Part shown: piece by piece, positions 48,510-62,369 of the stretch | How positions within the stretch are numbered: the first letter of the stretch is position 1 | Layout of the letters: each line of letters begins with the position of its first letter | NCBI GenBank assembly: GCA_964252035.1 | Contig: OZ176202.1 | Reading direction: 5' to 3' (one strand) | DNA length: 64,000 nucleotides | From: Podarcis erhardii | Taxonomy: Eukaryota | Notes under the pieces: model-generated | Databases searched by the model: none | What the model was told of the DNA's origin: nothing | Seen by the model: only the letters and a program-made list of their open reading frames with translations | Translations under genes and position numbers: made by a program

Positions 48510-51500
48510 CTATGAACAAAAACAAAAAATGATAGGTTGCGTATGTTCACAATCTTCTAGAAAGTTACGTTGATATCTTCCTAGGGCAAATCACATATTT
48601 CATCCTTGACACACTATATTGACACTAGAGATTAACTTTTCCTTTTTTCCATTTTATGAATATAAATTTTATTATCATAAGCACTAAATACAAAAATCCA
48701 TTATTAAATTAATTTGTCCATACAGAAATGTTATATAAATATTGGATACTGTACAAAGACATTCAACATTTTTCAATATAAGGTTTTATTTTAATTTATA
48801 AAATAATCATAGTTCTAAAAAGAGATTATTTTAGCCAGCCATATTTAATGTGCAACTAGACCTCAAATATATTTAAATCTATGTCTGCTTCGATAAACTA
48901 TATGCATTTGTTGCCTCCTGCATCCTTACATTCCAATACAGTATGATATAAACATGCCTCACATTTCAATGAATCATCTTGCTGTCAGCCTTCCCTAATC
49001 CTTATTATATTTGTAAGTTTGTGCATTTGAACCATATCTCAGAACTTGGTTAGCCAATTTTCTTTTTCTGGAGGATCTTATTCTTGCCCCACTCCACATG
49101 CTTGACATCTAGGGATGATCCACACCGATTCTGGGAATTGTACTCCTGTGAGATGGGAACTACAGTTCCCAGGACTTTTGGGGGGAAAGTCATGTGCTTT
49201 AAAGTCAGGGTGACATAAGAAGGTGAAGGATAATTTATTCATCTTCCTGTAATGCGACTTCCTTGATGTATCCAAACAATATTACTGCATTAGAGGATCT
49301 TGATGCAGTTTGTATTCCACAGTTTTGCTTATTTCCATTAATATTTGGTGCCAATATGATCTGCTCTATGAAGATGACCAGAGAATATGGAAAATTTGAT
49401 AGATTGACACCTCCAGCATAAGCTACTAACATTGGGGTATGTTCTATTTAATCGTTTTTGAGGGGGAATCTCACTCCAAAAAAAAGTTTTTAACTTGCAG
49501 TGTGAAACTTAGATGATTGGCCTGCAGAAGAGGGGAAAGTAAAGTATCAGAGGCAGGAGGTTGTAAAATTATACACAATCCCTGGTTAATGCTCATGGAA
49601 CAAAGGATAAACATCTGCTGTATAGAGTCAAGTTCTCATAGCCTTTACTCCGTGTTTGAATCCTGCAGGGATGGGAGACAGGTGAAGCTATCGTTTTCTA
49701 ATTCCCTCCACCCCAGTCACTGTTTTTAGAAGGCTACAGGAGCATTTTTTTCTTGCTAAAATGGATGGGTTTTAACAAGGGTCTTAAATAGAGGGTCTTG
49801 TTAAGAGCTCCCTGCCTTTCTCCCCATAATTTGAGCTCTGCAGAACATGAGACAATAACATTGTGAGTGAACTGATATTAACACTTTAGTAGCAACAACA
49901 ACAGCAGTGCTCAAAATAATTCTTCAGACATTTTAAGCCACATTTTAAAACAATTTGATTATCTTCCAGGTAGACTAGAACACCAAATGGCTCAGGTTTT
50001 TCTCAGGTTAATCTCCATGGTTCAGGTGCAGACTAATAATGTCATAAGACCCTGCCCAATAGGAGGTGTTCTCTGTTTCCACACAAGCCAAATGCATTTC
50101 AGAATGTGTCACAAAATGCAAGACAATGCAAAATGTTCCACTGAAAGGCACTTTCAAAACACCAAAAGAACAATGTACCAACAATATGAAGATGACGGTG
50201 TGGGTGCACTGACCAAAAAAATGTGTCTGCAGAAGACAGTAAATGCACTTTATGGCCATGTGTGCATACACACTCAGTGTTGTTGAAAGTGGCGTACCCA
50301 GAGTGGTGCAACATCCCGTCCAGTACATTACCCTGACAATACTGAACCAACCTATTTGTGACACAGTGGCTGAAGTAGACTCTGTCGAGCCAGGTGCTGC
50401 CATCAAAATCTAGTGAAGTCAAGGGACTTCCTGGAGTCAAAGATGCACAGTGCATTCTGGGGAAATGACCTAGAGAGACACTTCAGGTCATTTGATGTAC
50501 TCTGACAGTTGCCGACTTCTTTCAGGTTGGGCCCCTTCTAAAAGAGGATCTTCTAAATTAGCACACTTGTGGGGGGCAAAGCAAGCAAAGTAAGCTTTTA
50601 AACATGTAAAATCCAGGCTTAATGAATGAAAAATGATGCATCATGTTAGCAGACTCATTTGCTAATCTCTCCTCTTGTCTCTGCCAATTCAGGTGCACTT
50701 TGCATTGTCTTATGTAAGCGCACATACACACTAAAAAAACACACTAACAAAGGAAATTCATTATCAAAATAGCTTTTGGTAATAACAGAAAGCAACTAAA
50801 AGCAGGCGAAGGCTAGTCTATATTCTTTTCTTAGGGAATTTGATGAGCTAATGCGTGAAATTTGGCTAGCAAAATAGACTCAGAAAGCAGACAAGTGTTG
50901 GGGCATGAACTTTTAACATACCCCCCCCCTTAGAATTAACTGTGCAGAATGTTATAATAATCACAAAAGAAGATTTTTAAAATGTTAAAGTCACTTTGTT
51001 ATGCAAAACTAACGAAGCATTATTATCCCTCATCAAGAAACACATACTGAAACATGCTTACAACATGCTATTTCTGCAACTTATGAGAATTATTTTATTA
51101 TTTCTGCTTTAAGTTCTGTGACATGCTTTTATATCATCTCATTTTTGTAAACCACCCCATGTCTATTTTTGGTGGAGGGCAATATAGAAATCTCTTAATA
51201 ATAAAAAATTCACAGATACACACATAGTTAGTCTGCACACATCTTTCTATGCTGTAGAGCCTATAGCCTATACTGGTGGCCAAACTTGGCCCTTCAGCTG
51301 TTTTTGGACTACAACTCCCATCATCCCTAGCTAACAGGACCAGTGGTCAAGGATGATGGGAATTGTAGTCCCAAAAACAGCTGGAGGGCTACCACTGGCC
51401 TATAGGATTGTAAGGCTCTGAAAGCCAAGCATCATGCAATGCCAATTCCTTTACTGAACCTGGCTCTTCATTGCCAAACATCTGTAACTGTTCAACCCAT

Positions 51501-52804
51501 CTAATCCAGATTAATAGTGTACCATAAAAAAAAGCAAAAAGGTTCAAAGTGTAATGTGCCAACCGATACCTTGGAGGTGAAGGGAGGTCAGTAGAACAAA
51601 TATAGATGACTCAAGCAAGTGAACTAAGCTGCAGGGGAACTGAAAACCTTCCAAATGCAGCAGTAAGATAAACCAAAACAAGCATTGCCTCTTGACTTCT
51701 GATACCCTTGGACAGGATACCCACTTGGACAGCCCACTGGCAGCAAAAAATGTCCTTTACAGCATGTAACAACAAGCTGTTTTTTAAAATTTCCGACAAT
51801 GCCCAGGAGCAAATGCTACATTGGTTGCTCTCGGGCATTGTGGGACATTTAAAACCATGACTCATAGTTGACTGCTATTGCCACCAGCAGGTCAGCTGTG
51901 GCTGGAAGAGGTGGGGGACCCATGTAATAATAATTTAATGTAGGAGGGGTTTCATAGAAAGCACTTTCCTAAGGGTTCTCAAACCTGGAACTGATCCTGG
52001 ATTGTCCATATTGATACCATTATTGGGTGGGATTCAATCACAGATCGGCAAATTCAGGTTGCACTCTTGTGCAACAAACACAACCTGCCCCTCAGCAGAT
52101 ATTTTTTGCAATAAGGAAAGTGACAGGAAAATGTGCTGGAAAATGTGGTAGAACATTTGCTTCATGCAAACAAATCGGAATGAATGCTTAATACACAGGC
52201 AACATCTAACCTCTCTGAAAAGTTGTGGGGGAAAATCAGGATAAATGCTCAATCAACAGAACCCCTGGAACAAAACCCTGAGTGCAAATGTAGCAACTCA
52301 GAACAGACAAGCAAAGCTATGCACCTAGTGAGCTGTCATAGTATCTAAATACTCTGTTCTTACATTTGTAGAGGAATTAATAATTTTACTACCTGGTTGT
52401 TTACAATGTGAGGGGAAGGAACCAGTGCAGTCATGTTAAAATGGAATTCTAAACTGCTTCCTCATACATTTTTCCTTCATTTAGCTCTCCCTGCTATTCT
52501 CTGCACTAGAAAGAAACTGAATTCTTTGCCCATTCTACATTTCTTAGACGATAAAATGCAATCAGACAATTCCCAGGAACAAAACTGAAGGAGAAAACAA
52601 AAACACGAAGACAATGCCTCAGTAGTTAGAAGTCTGTGTGCAAGATGTTTCACTTCACATTGGAGATGGAGGCTCACATACTTAACACTTCTCCAGATAA
52701 ACAAATTAAAATAAAATTGTCATTGCACACAGAAATCCTGCGCCTCGATGTCACATCTGCCCTATCTATTTAAAGCAGTATCATGCCACATTAAATACGG
52801 TAGT

Positions 52805-52945
52805 CACTGCTTCCCCCAAAGAATCCTGGAGTGTGTAGTTTGTTAAGGGTGTTGAGAGTTGATAGGAGACCTTCACAGAGCTACAAGAGTTCCCTGGGAA
52901 TAGGATTGGATTGTTAGTTCACTCAGGGAATTTGTTACAATGTGA
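52805..52945. repeat. squamate interspersed repeat (GAATCCTGG...GTAGTTTGTTAAGGGTG family; copies near 38330, 42045, 49120, 53460)
   Basis: Same motif recurs on both strands in GABRR1 introns. Confidence 0.6.
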
Positions 52946-53844
52946 AGAAGTTCCTAGTTTTAATTTGGGCTGCAGTGCACAGAGAGGGGAGTTGTAACCA
53001 GTTCCTACGAAGCTATGATCCTGTTTAAAATTCCTTCCCCTGCCCCAGCCCCAGTGTGCAGGAGGTTGGGCAGGTAATTAGCTTTAGAAAAAGTGTCAAA
53101 GAGGGGCTTAGCAGCATCTTAACACCTGCCAATGGTGCCTGTAGAACCTGTGACCAAGCTGAATGCAATTCTGCAGTCAGATTTTGGCCTGCCAGGTGCC
53201 TTAAAAACTACCTTTCACGGGCTTCCCCTCCCCTCCCCTGCACATCCCAGTATCCCTGCTATTATAATAGCTCTGCACCTGCCATGTCTGAGTGGTGTTG
53301 GAGGGTTAGTGCTCCCATCTCATATCTGAGTCTATTCCCACTCCTCACTCATCCTGACTAGCAAATTAAATTTTTGTCTGTTTTCCACTCAGCCACTAAT
53401 ATAAATTATTGCCAGAAAGGGAAATCTGGATCAGAGTCTGGGTGTGGGGTCACATCTACACCACACATTGAAAGCACATTTAAAACATAATGCTTCTCCC
53501 AATTATCTTGAGAACTGTAGTTTACCCCTAACAAGGCTACAGTTCCCAGCACCTGTAACAAACTACAGTTCCCAGGATCCTTTGAGAGGAAGCCATGAAT
53601 GGCATGGATATGACCAAAGCGTTAGGAGGTTTGCTGTGAGCTCTAGCCCTGATCCAAATACCCACAAAGTTTGTTTGATTTGTCCAAAGAAACAGGTGGT
53701 CAGGAGTTCCAGCCATGAAACTCCCATGTCCTATCTAGTATAGCTTTCATACTCGTTCTTCAGGAGGCACAATCGTGTGCTCTGCAGAAAGCAGTAGCAT
53801 AAAAACCCTTCCTGAGTTTCTTAGACATAGTAAGCCTTGCTCTG

Positions 53845-54107
53845 TTATGCCTGAAAGGGGAATGCAAACACAAGTATGGGGCATGGCAGGGGGGTGCACA
53901 TACTAGCCCTGTCCCCAACATGCTTCCCCCATGCATGTTGCGTGTAAAGGTATGAAGGGTATTTTTCATACGTGTTCACGTGAACATGCTTTGACATCTC
54001 TGTTTGGTTAGGACCCCTGTTCAATATGGGAAGGTCAGGGGTGGGGGAGCAGACAGGAACATTGGGGGCAGGGGCTACTTGTGTTTATATGCACAGTTCA
54101 GGCATAA
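53845..54107. mobile_element. fold-back MITE-like element
   Basis: TTATGCCTGAA...AAACACAAGTA at left is mirrored by TACTTGTGTTT...TTCAGGCATAA at right, with further internal complementarity. Confidence 0.55.
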
Positions 54108-55113
54108 AGTATGACATAATGTTGTGAGCTAGCTTTTTAGTTATTATGGGGTTTGAATCTTGTATTTTGCTCATCTGACAAGAGGGTAGATTGTGACTTA
54201 TTTAAACAAAGACTGACTATGTGAACTCATGAAGGATTAGTGGAGCCTAGAGAAGGGATGTACTGAAAGAAGCATTTCTTAACTGTTCTTGATTTCTCCT
54301 CACATAACAGTAAAATCAGGTTGCACAATTAAGAAATTGGACTCTCTCTTTTTGTAAGGAAAGTGACAGGAGGGTGCACTGGAGACTGTAGGATAACAAT
54401 TCATTGATGTGACATCATATAATAGCGTCTTTGCAAATTAATCAGAATGAATGCTGAATGAATTCATTCCAGAATGAATGTTGATGTGTATAACCTCCCT
54501 GCAAACTTTGTGCAAAGTAATCAAGATGAATGCTTAATGAACAAGTTGCCTGGAAGCAACCAAAGAAAGTAAATAGAAGTAAATAGGATACTAGTTTAGC
54601 ACCTCAAGTCTAGGGATCAACTTAAGTTGTAGTGATGCAGTACTTGTGCCCAATGGCTGCGAGGCCAGGTCTATCTGGTAAGATGTGCGGGAGCATTAGA
54701 CCTGGTGTCTGGGAGAAGTAAGGCCAGATCTATCCATTAATCTTGAGCTATTGCAGATGACATGGAAAAGGTTGACATGCCAGAAGCAAAAGGCAAACCA
54801 GATTGGTACAATGTACCGTATTTGCATGTCCAGCTATCCCACCAAGGACTGAGGGGTCAGTTGCTGTGCCCAGCCTTTGGTTTGTTCTCTAGAGCCATTA
54901 TGAAACAACAGTCTGCGCCCATGCACTTGGCAGAACACCACTATGTTGAGCTGTTGCTCAATACATTACTTATGAAACAGGACCATTGCAATATTGAAAC
55001 AAGTGGCATCATATTGCATGTTCCAACATGGGGAACCTGAGGGGACTTCTAGATGGGGCAAGGTTACTATTGTAAAAGGATAGTTCTGCTATTTGAAACT
55101 GCTAGTTGGTAAC

Positions 55114-55168
<55 letters not shown>

Positions 55169-55169
55169 T
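55114..55169. repeat. (CTTT)14 microsatellite
   Basis: Pure tetranucleotide run. Confidence 0.95.
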
Positions 55170-55327
55170 TTACAGTTTTGGGGTTTTCCTGGAATGGGCA
55201 AATCTGACAAGGGTTGGGGGGGAGAGATATGGGATGCCATTTTGATGCCAGAAACGTCATGTAGATGCTGTAAAAGAAAAATGCATGTGCAAGGTGTGCC
55301 TACCCCACAATAAACACCCATCTGAAA

Positions 55328-55925
55328 CATAGCTGTCAAGTGTCCCTTATTTGAAGGGACAGTCCCTTATTCCAGCGCCATGTCCCGCTGCTGTCCCTTA
55401 TTGATGGATGTCCCTTAAATGTCCCTTAAATGATGTCCCTTAAATTTCAAAGGAAGCGGCTCCTCTCTCTCCCTCCCTGCTGGCTAGGGAGGAGGGAGGC
55501 TCCAACTGTGTTGCTTGGCTGTGTTGCTCACCCAATAAGAAGTCTAAGAACGACTGGGGGGTGGAGCTTGCATGCCTTTGTGTGGCTAGTTAATGCAAGC
55601 AGAGGGTTTTTTTGAATGCTGGATGCCATTTTGTTGCATGTGCTGCTGCAAACTTTGCAGTGCAAAGGCAGGCCGGGGAGCCATCTTAAGTTGAGGCTGC
55701 ATAGGCCTTGTGGTGCATGTGATTCAGATTCTATTCAGTTGAAACTCTGGTTACAAAGTTGGTTGGACAGTGTTCTCGAAGCTACCCAGCATGAGTTTGA
55801 CCAGACTGCAGGAGGACAGGAAGACTGGAGTGCCTGGAACAGGTGAGGCTGCAGGTCCCTTATTTTGGCTGCTGGTCCCTTATTTTCAAGGCTGCTGGTC
55901 CCTTATCTGTAAGTTGACAGCTATG
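55328..55925. mobile_element. hAT non-autonomous element, 598 bp
   Basis: 12-bp perfect TIRs CATAGCTGTCAA; TSD ATCTGAAA / ATCTGGAA; nine GTCCCTTA subterminal repeats. Confidence 0.9.
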
Positions 55926-57121
55926 ATCTGGAAGCACCCTCAATCGTAGGTATTTTAACCAATCAGAGAAAAACTTAGGTTTTTGTTCATGGTCCAGTTG
56001 CAGGAAAGGTAAAGGGGATCAGGTGTTTTTTTTTGTTGGGTTTTTTTTACAAGTGAATAGACAGCTTTACTGCTGGGCTTTGTTCATACATGTGGGGGAA
56101 AAACACTTCCACATTAGGTTATCCTCCCCAAAACCCAACCCACCAAAAACTGTTGGATTCCCTCTCCCCAAATTTCATCTGCGTTCTGCCCAATGCTGGG
56201 CATGGGCATAGCCAAGTAAATAAAATAAAGTAAATAAAAATACTTAAATAACTGACCAGTCGCATTGCGGACAGCTTAGTTGTGCCCTCCTCCCAACATA
56301 AGGCCTGTCCCCCTGTAACATAAACCCTGGCCTCAGGGCGCATTCGACTTTGAGAATTTTTGGTTTTAAGCACTGGCAATACTAGGACTGAAAAGGTCTA
56401 AAGAGGTGATGAGAAGGAAAAGAAATGTCCACAACTCCAGGATTCTGTGTTACAAGTGATAGTTACTTAATAAAGTGGAAGTTACAAGCACTTTTAAGAA
56501 ACAATCGTTCTTAAATCCTGGTGCAATCAGCACTTCCCTATCAGGGAGAACATATTTTTTCAGTCTTCCAAAAGTGTAACTATGGTACAAATAGAACGTG
56601 AAGGTATTATTTTACTTTAATTAAATCACTACCTTAAAAGAAGTTATTGAATAATTTTCCCACTGTTAATCAGAAATAATATTAGGGTTGCTCTTGAGGC
56701 CTTTTCTGAATTAGCAAAGGATAGCTGCACATGAAAAGGGAACTGAAATTCTGAGGTGTGCTTCAATTTTGCACAAGGAACTGCACAATCTCTTGCAAGT
56801 TCTTTACAGTGACTCCAGTACTGCTGCCAAGCTTCTTTCTTCTGGATCCTATCCTGTGAGCCTAACTTTCAGTTTTGCACACCACAATGAAAGGGTGTTG
56901 CAAAAGGTGCTTGATGAGCGAATAACTTCAAATAGCTCAGTCAAGCAATGCAAGATGTACAGCAGAGGAAGGCAAAAAGTAAGCCAAATCATATAATCTT
57001 ATCGATTTTATTTTTTCATAATCTCTGGAAGCAACACAATATTGACAACTATCTTTCTGAATGACATAAAACTTTCCTCCCCCACCCATCCCAGTTCTGA
57101 TAAAAGTTGATAAATAAATCC

Positions 57122-57124
<3 letters not shown>

Positions 57125-57156
<32 letters not shown>
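57125..57156. repeat. (GA)16 microsatellite
   Basis: Pure dinucleotide run. Confidence 0.95.
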
Positions 57157-57161
<5 letters not shown>

Positions 57162-60100
57162 TGTGGGCGGGAGGAAAGACAGATGGACAGGTCCTCTCAG
57201 TAGAGATGGAGAGATGCATTAGGGTGAATTCAAGAAGCGGGAAGATGGTGACAGTGGAAAGATGCTTAGGTTGTGCAAGTGGTAGAAAGAATAAATTATC
57301 ATCAGCATCTTTGATTTCTCAGGGCAGTTTACATAGATGATAGTTAAAAACACAAAACAACAGGTACATTTAGAAAAAGACTGAAACCCTAACAAGAGGA
57401 CACTCATGGTAAAGACCCACTTGTCCAGCTGTGAAAGCCTGTTGGAACAAAAATGTCTCCACTTGTTTACAGAAAGTGCAGGAAGTGGGTGGTGGTAGCT
57501 TGTTGTATCTCAGCAGGATTGTCACCAAGTAGAAAATGTGGTACATAGGCTAGAGCAAGGATGGCAAAGCTGTGCCCTTCAGTTGTTAATGGGCTGCAGC
57601 TTCCATCATTCCTAACCATTTGCCATTCTGAGTGGGGCTGGTGGGAGTTCAAGTCCAACAATAATGTGTTGAAGGCTGCAGGTTTTCATTTCTGGGCTGG
57701 AGGAACAAGTAGTTTACCAAGTGCCATCACAGAGAAAAAATCACAAGGGGAAGAAGGAGTTAATAATAAACTCAACCTACAAAAAGTAAAAGGAAATGGG
57801 TATCACTTCTCCAGTCTTTCGTAGTGTATTTTTCTATTATCTTCTTGGCACCTGTTGAAGACCTTCCTTTCCCAACAATACTTTTAAGTGAAGATAATTT
57901 AAAATAAAAAATAAAAATCCCAGTCTGTATCTGTGTTAGACTTGAAATTCTTTTTTACTGTTTTTTACATATTTTTACTGTTGAATTGCTTTGGGATAAT
58001 TCTATGAGAACCAACTCATAAGGGAAATAATAACTATCAGCAGTAGAGCAAAGAGCTAAGGACAGGGAAGATTAGTAGGTGTGACTGCTGTTAGAAATGA
58101 TGCAGTAGGAAAATGCAGAGCAGAAAAAAGGAAGACGATAAAACAAGAGAGGTAGAAATAGATTAAATCTGGGTCACAGTGATTCTAGTGGCAGCACAGG
58201 AACTAAGTGGGGCTGCTCTGTGGCAGTGGGAGTCCCCCCCTCCACTTCACCTTCCTCCCCTTTGGCAGGCTTTCCAGCCTGTGCATGTAAAAGAATTCAT
58301 TTCAGAACCCCTCTAGCCCTTCTTTAAGGCAAATCCCCATCCTTATCCCTATCCTAGCTTGAGCCAAGATTGTACGCAGGAAGTTACAATGGTGGAAAAT
58401 TTTCATGATCACTGCAAAACAGCCTCCGTTCCAGTTACACCTTAGTTGTCACCCATTAACTGTTCTGCCTCACCCAGTCATTTATATAAGATGTCCACTT
58501 GTGGGTGCAGTAAAAGAAGAAAACTCAGTCAAAAGGAGACTCTGCTCCTGTTTGGAAATTCAGGAAGCTCTATTAGAAAAATAACTGGGTTGCCTCCGGA
58601 CCATCAGTACTTTTTGCAATTCAAATTGCAAAAAGGAGGAATTCAACTGTATACCACAAGGTTAGATTTGAGCAAATAAAGTGGATCAGCGTGTTCTGAC
58701 ACATCAAATCCACCTTTATTTAAAGGACTTTTTGCAGTTAAGCAAGTGACAAGGAAATGCAAAGTGTGGGATAGAAGACTGATCAACAGGGAGCCATATA
58801 ACCATAGTGGCAAGCAAATCAGAACGAATGCTCATTGGCATATAGCCTCCCCACAAATCAGAACAAATGCTCGATAAAGACTGTACATGGTATAACTTCC
58901 ATGTAAGCTTTGTGCAAGCAGATCAGGCTATGCAAGCTCAATAAACATGTCATCTGGAGGAACTAAGGATCAGGGAAAAAAGTGATCTCTCATTGGTTGT
59001 GATGGCTGGGGTTGGTGGGTATTGGAGTCCAACAAGAACTGGAAGGGTAGAGGTTCCCCCCTCCTGAGACAGACAGTGGTGTGTGGGACACAATTTACAG
59101 AGCAGAAGAGGTGTTTGGGCAGAGGGTGCTGAACCACTTTGTGCCCCAACACAACCTGTCTTCTGATGTCACTTTTCCATCAGCCAGGCATGGATTATGA
59201 TACTGAACCTACTTGAGAGACAACACTGCTATTTAAATGAGGAGGGAATTTTACTTAAGCCAAGGGTCATTAGCCTTTGTAGTAACATTGTTTAGTTATT
59301 TCACCACATCTGTACCATTCGTACCAACGTTATCCAAGGCCAAAAAAATCCTATACCTGGGAGTAAGTCCCATTGAACTTGGGGGAAGTGCTTCTGAGAA
59401 GGCAGTGCGCACACAAGGAAAATAAGATATTTAAGGTCCTAGAAATATGTATTGCCTTATTTCTCAGTGCTGGGAACATACAAACTCCAACAAAATTGGG
59501 ACAGGGCAGATTAGATTCCCATAGGAGCACAGGCAGAAGGATCAGTTTCAAGACTGAGCCCACAGTGGAGTCTGGAAGAAGCAGATCTAGCAGTAATCCT
59601 GAGCAAGTAGCAAGAGCAAGAGACTGACAAGCAAAGGCAGTGTAATTCAAAAGGTCAATAATAGTAATCAGGAAGTAATGGTGACCAGAGATATATATAT
59701 TTCAGGACCCTGGACAGGACCCTGAGATAAGACAACTCCAACATGTGCTGTGTAGGAACTGAGCTGTTCTATTGGCCCTGACTACCCTTCCCAGGACTCC
59801 TACAGGTTCAGCCCTCTGTCCTGGAGTCTGATACACTGCCATCTCTCCATTCTTTTTAATTGAGCACACTACCTTTTGTGGTGAACGTTCTCAGTGGCAT
59901 TTGAGGCCCTTAAAGGCAATGATTCTGGCTTCATGATGGGGTCCAGCTTGGAAGCTGCAGTGACTGGTGGTCCTAGCTCAGGGGTCTCCAGTCCAAGCAT
60001 GTCTGATTCTGAAGGTCTCTGCTTACTGGACTTGGTCTAGCACCTGTGGGTTGTGCTACTGCCTCTTCTGACCCTCCTGATTCATCCCCCCTCAAAATCA

Positions 60101-62369
60101 GTGTCCACGTTGGTGCTGGCCATCTAGATGATGATGGCAGGCACCTCTGCGCACTCAGGAACCTTGCCTTTGCATGTTTCCTTACTGCATGGTGAGCTTC
60201 CTACTCATTTACGCTTGTAGGCATACACTTGTTTCAGATGTTGAAACAAATAGCCATAAGTCAGAGACAGCCTGTTGCTGAGGTGCTTCCCTACCCCTAC
60301 TTAAAGGCCAACCTTATCCCACTGATGGCTTTATATTGGTTTTAGTTGTTATCTCTATGCTGGATTTTCCATGTATATATATATATATATTTTGCTGGAA
60401 TGGGCTGAAACATCTGGAGGGTACCAGGTTGGCAAAAGCTGTAAATAATAGTTGAATAGTTTTGGCGTCTTCTCATGGGAACACTAGCTAGAATGGGACA
60501 ATTTAAGTACATCAAATTAGAATTAACTGAAGAAAAGCATCCTTATGGTGGGGCCATCCATGGAACTCATGGTTTTTCTAGAAACCAGAGACAAAGTTGA
60601 AAACAGCTGCAAAATAAAAATCTTTCAGGGCAAAACTGTGTTCGGTGGTGATGTTTTTTAAAATGTCACTATCAGGAAAGAAAAAGGCAAGGCCACAGTC
60701 ATGATACATTGTTGTCAGTATAATTTGTTTCAAACTCAATATTGAAAGGAAACCAAAAGCAAAATTAGGAAGTATTGTACAGGCAGCTCCCATTTTGTGC
60801 ACGTTCAATGTATCTACAATTGTGCATGTGCGCACAGTGTTTGGCACCAGAAAAGGGGAAGGGCGGGACAGGCTTACGCGCAATAACACTTGGAGGGCCA
60901 CAGGTTTCCCATCCCTGCCCTAAGAAAATAAAAGTAGCTTTATTATATTAGGAAATGGAAAGTAGGTACCCTGTCTCCACCCTTTCCCAATCCCTTTTCC
61001 AGGGTCTGCGAGAACTTCCCAAAAGCAATGTCCTGATTTCAGTACATCAGGTATCAGTATCAGCACCACAGTATCAGCCAGTATCCTGCCCCCCCCCCAC
61101 TCCAACAGAACATTCCCATTTCATGAAGGAATGCTTTTTATCAGTAAAAACAGCCTCCCTGTTGGAAGCCAAATCCTGATCTACCCTTAGTCTTCATGCA
61201 TCATATTACGATGTACATATTTGGTTGATGATTTACAAATCTAAGCTTCCTAATTTTCTTTTGATGGGCCAGGCATATTTAGCAAGTCCCATACATGAGG
61301 TGTAGGTGTGGGTGTGAAACAAGTCTGCTAGAATTGTTTCAACCAGTACTTTATTCTGTGGAATATATAAGATTCTCATCTCTCTGTTTTTCTTATTTGT
61401 TTTCTTGCTCTGGACTGTTACTAGACAACCTATCTGTAATTTTTGATGTGCTCTTAGGTCCAGTTTGCCCAGTCTCCTGCAGAGCACGGGAGAAAGTACA
61501 AGCTGTCCCCTCCTGTGTCTAGTTTCTCTGCCCAGACTATATCAGGTGCATGTCATTCCAATATGCAACCAGTTAATAGAATCTTTCAGAACTCCTGGAA
61601 TAAACACAGGGCACCTGATGAGTCCTTTATGTCTTGCCAATTGGCTGTTGGGCCAACAATTACTGCTTTCTTTCACAGACTTCTGTAGCTTTCCATTTCT
61701 TTTCTGTGCTCCCACATGCCATGGAAAACAATTTGAAATGGAAATTAGCGTGATTGAGATCGATGTCAGCTGCAGCATACACAAAAGTATGATTATTGGA
61801 AAGCATGAACCGGATCAGGCAATTTAAGCATCAATATATGTTCCAACATTTCAGAGGAGAACATAAGGACAGTGATTTATGTCCTTGAAGGCCTGTCCTA
61901 GGCCAGATGGTGGTGGTGTATGTGTTTGAAAAGCAAATATTAAGCAAATAACCACTAAATTATAACACACACCCTTTTCACATCATAGATCACTGCCTGA
62001 CAGTGCAATATTAAACCTGCCTACCCAGAAGTAAGTCCTGTTGAATTCAATGAGGCTACTTCCAGGTAAGCAGCATTAGAACTGCACCCTAAGTGTCTTT
62101 GCCACACACGTTTCTGAAGGTTTTGCTCCACTCGCTTACATTAATCTATTTGGCAGTAAATATTAGCAAAGGTCACTTTTCTTTAGTATCTGTGGCAATT
62201 TATCAATTTAATCATTCAGCTGTGAATGGTATCTCCTTTACCTATTTAGATACCAGCCCTGAAAGCATTTCATAGGCTTGGATCCGAATATAATTTATGG
62301 GAGTTAATAGAAGAATAGTTATTCCCCTGTGTAGGCCTCTTCGGAGTGTCAGGGGTCCTTCCACTGCGA

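Noticed and set aside
49987-50455. Three overlapping 99-132 aa ORFs in GABRR1 intron 1
   Set aside because: No recognisable domain in any frame; probably chance or decayed repeat.
58815-58872. 19-bp direct repeat CAAATCAGAAC(G/A)AATGCTC
   Set aside because: Only two copies 39 bp apart, consistent with a small local duplication and not enough to suggest function.
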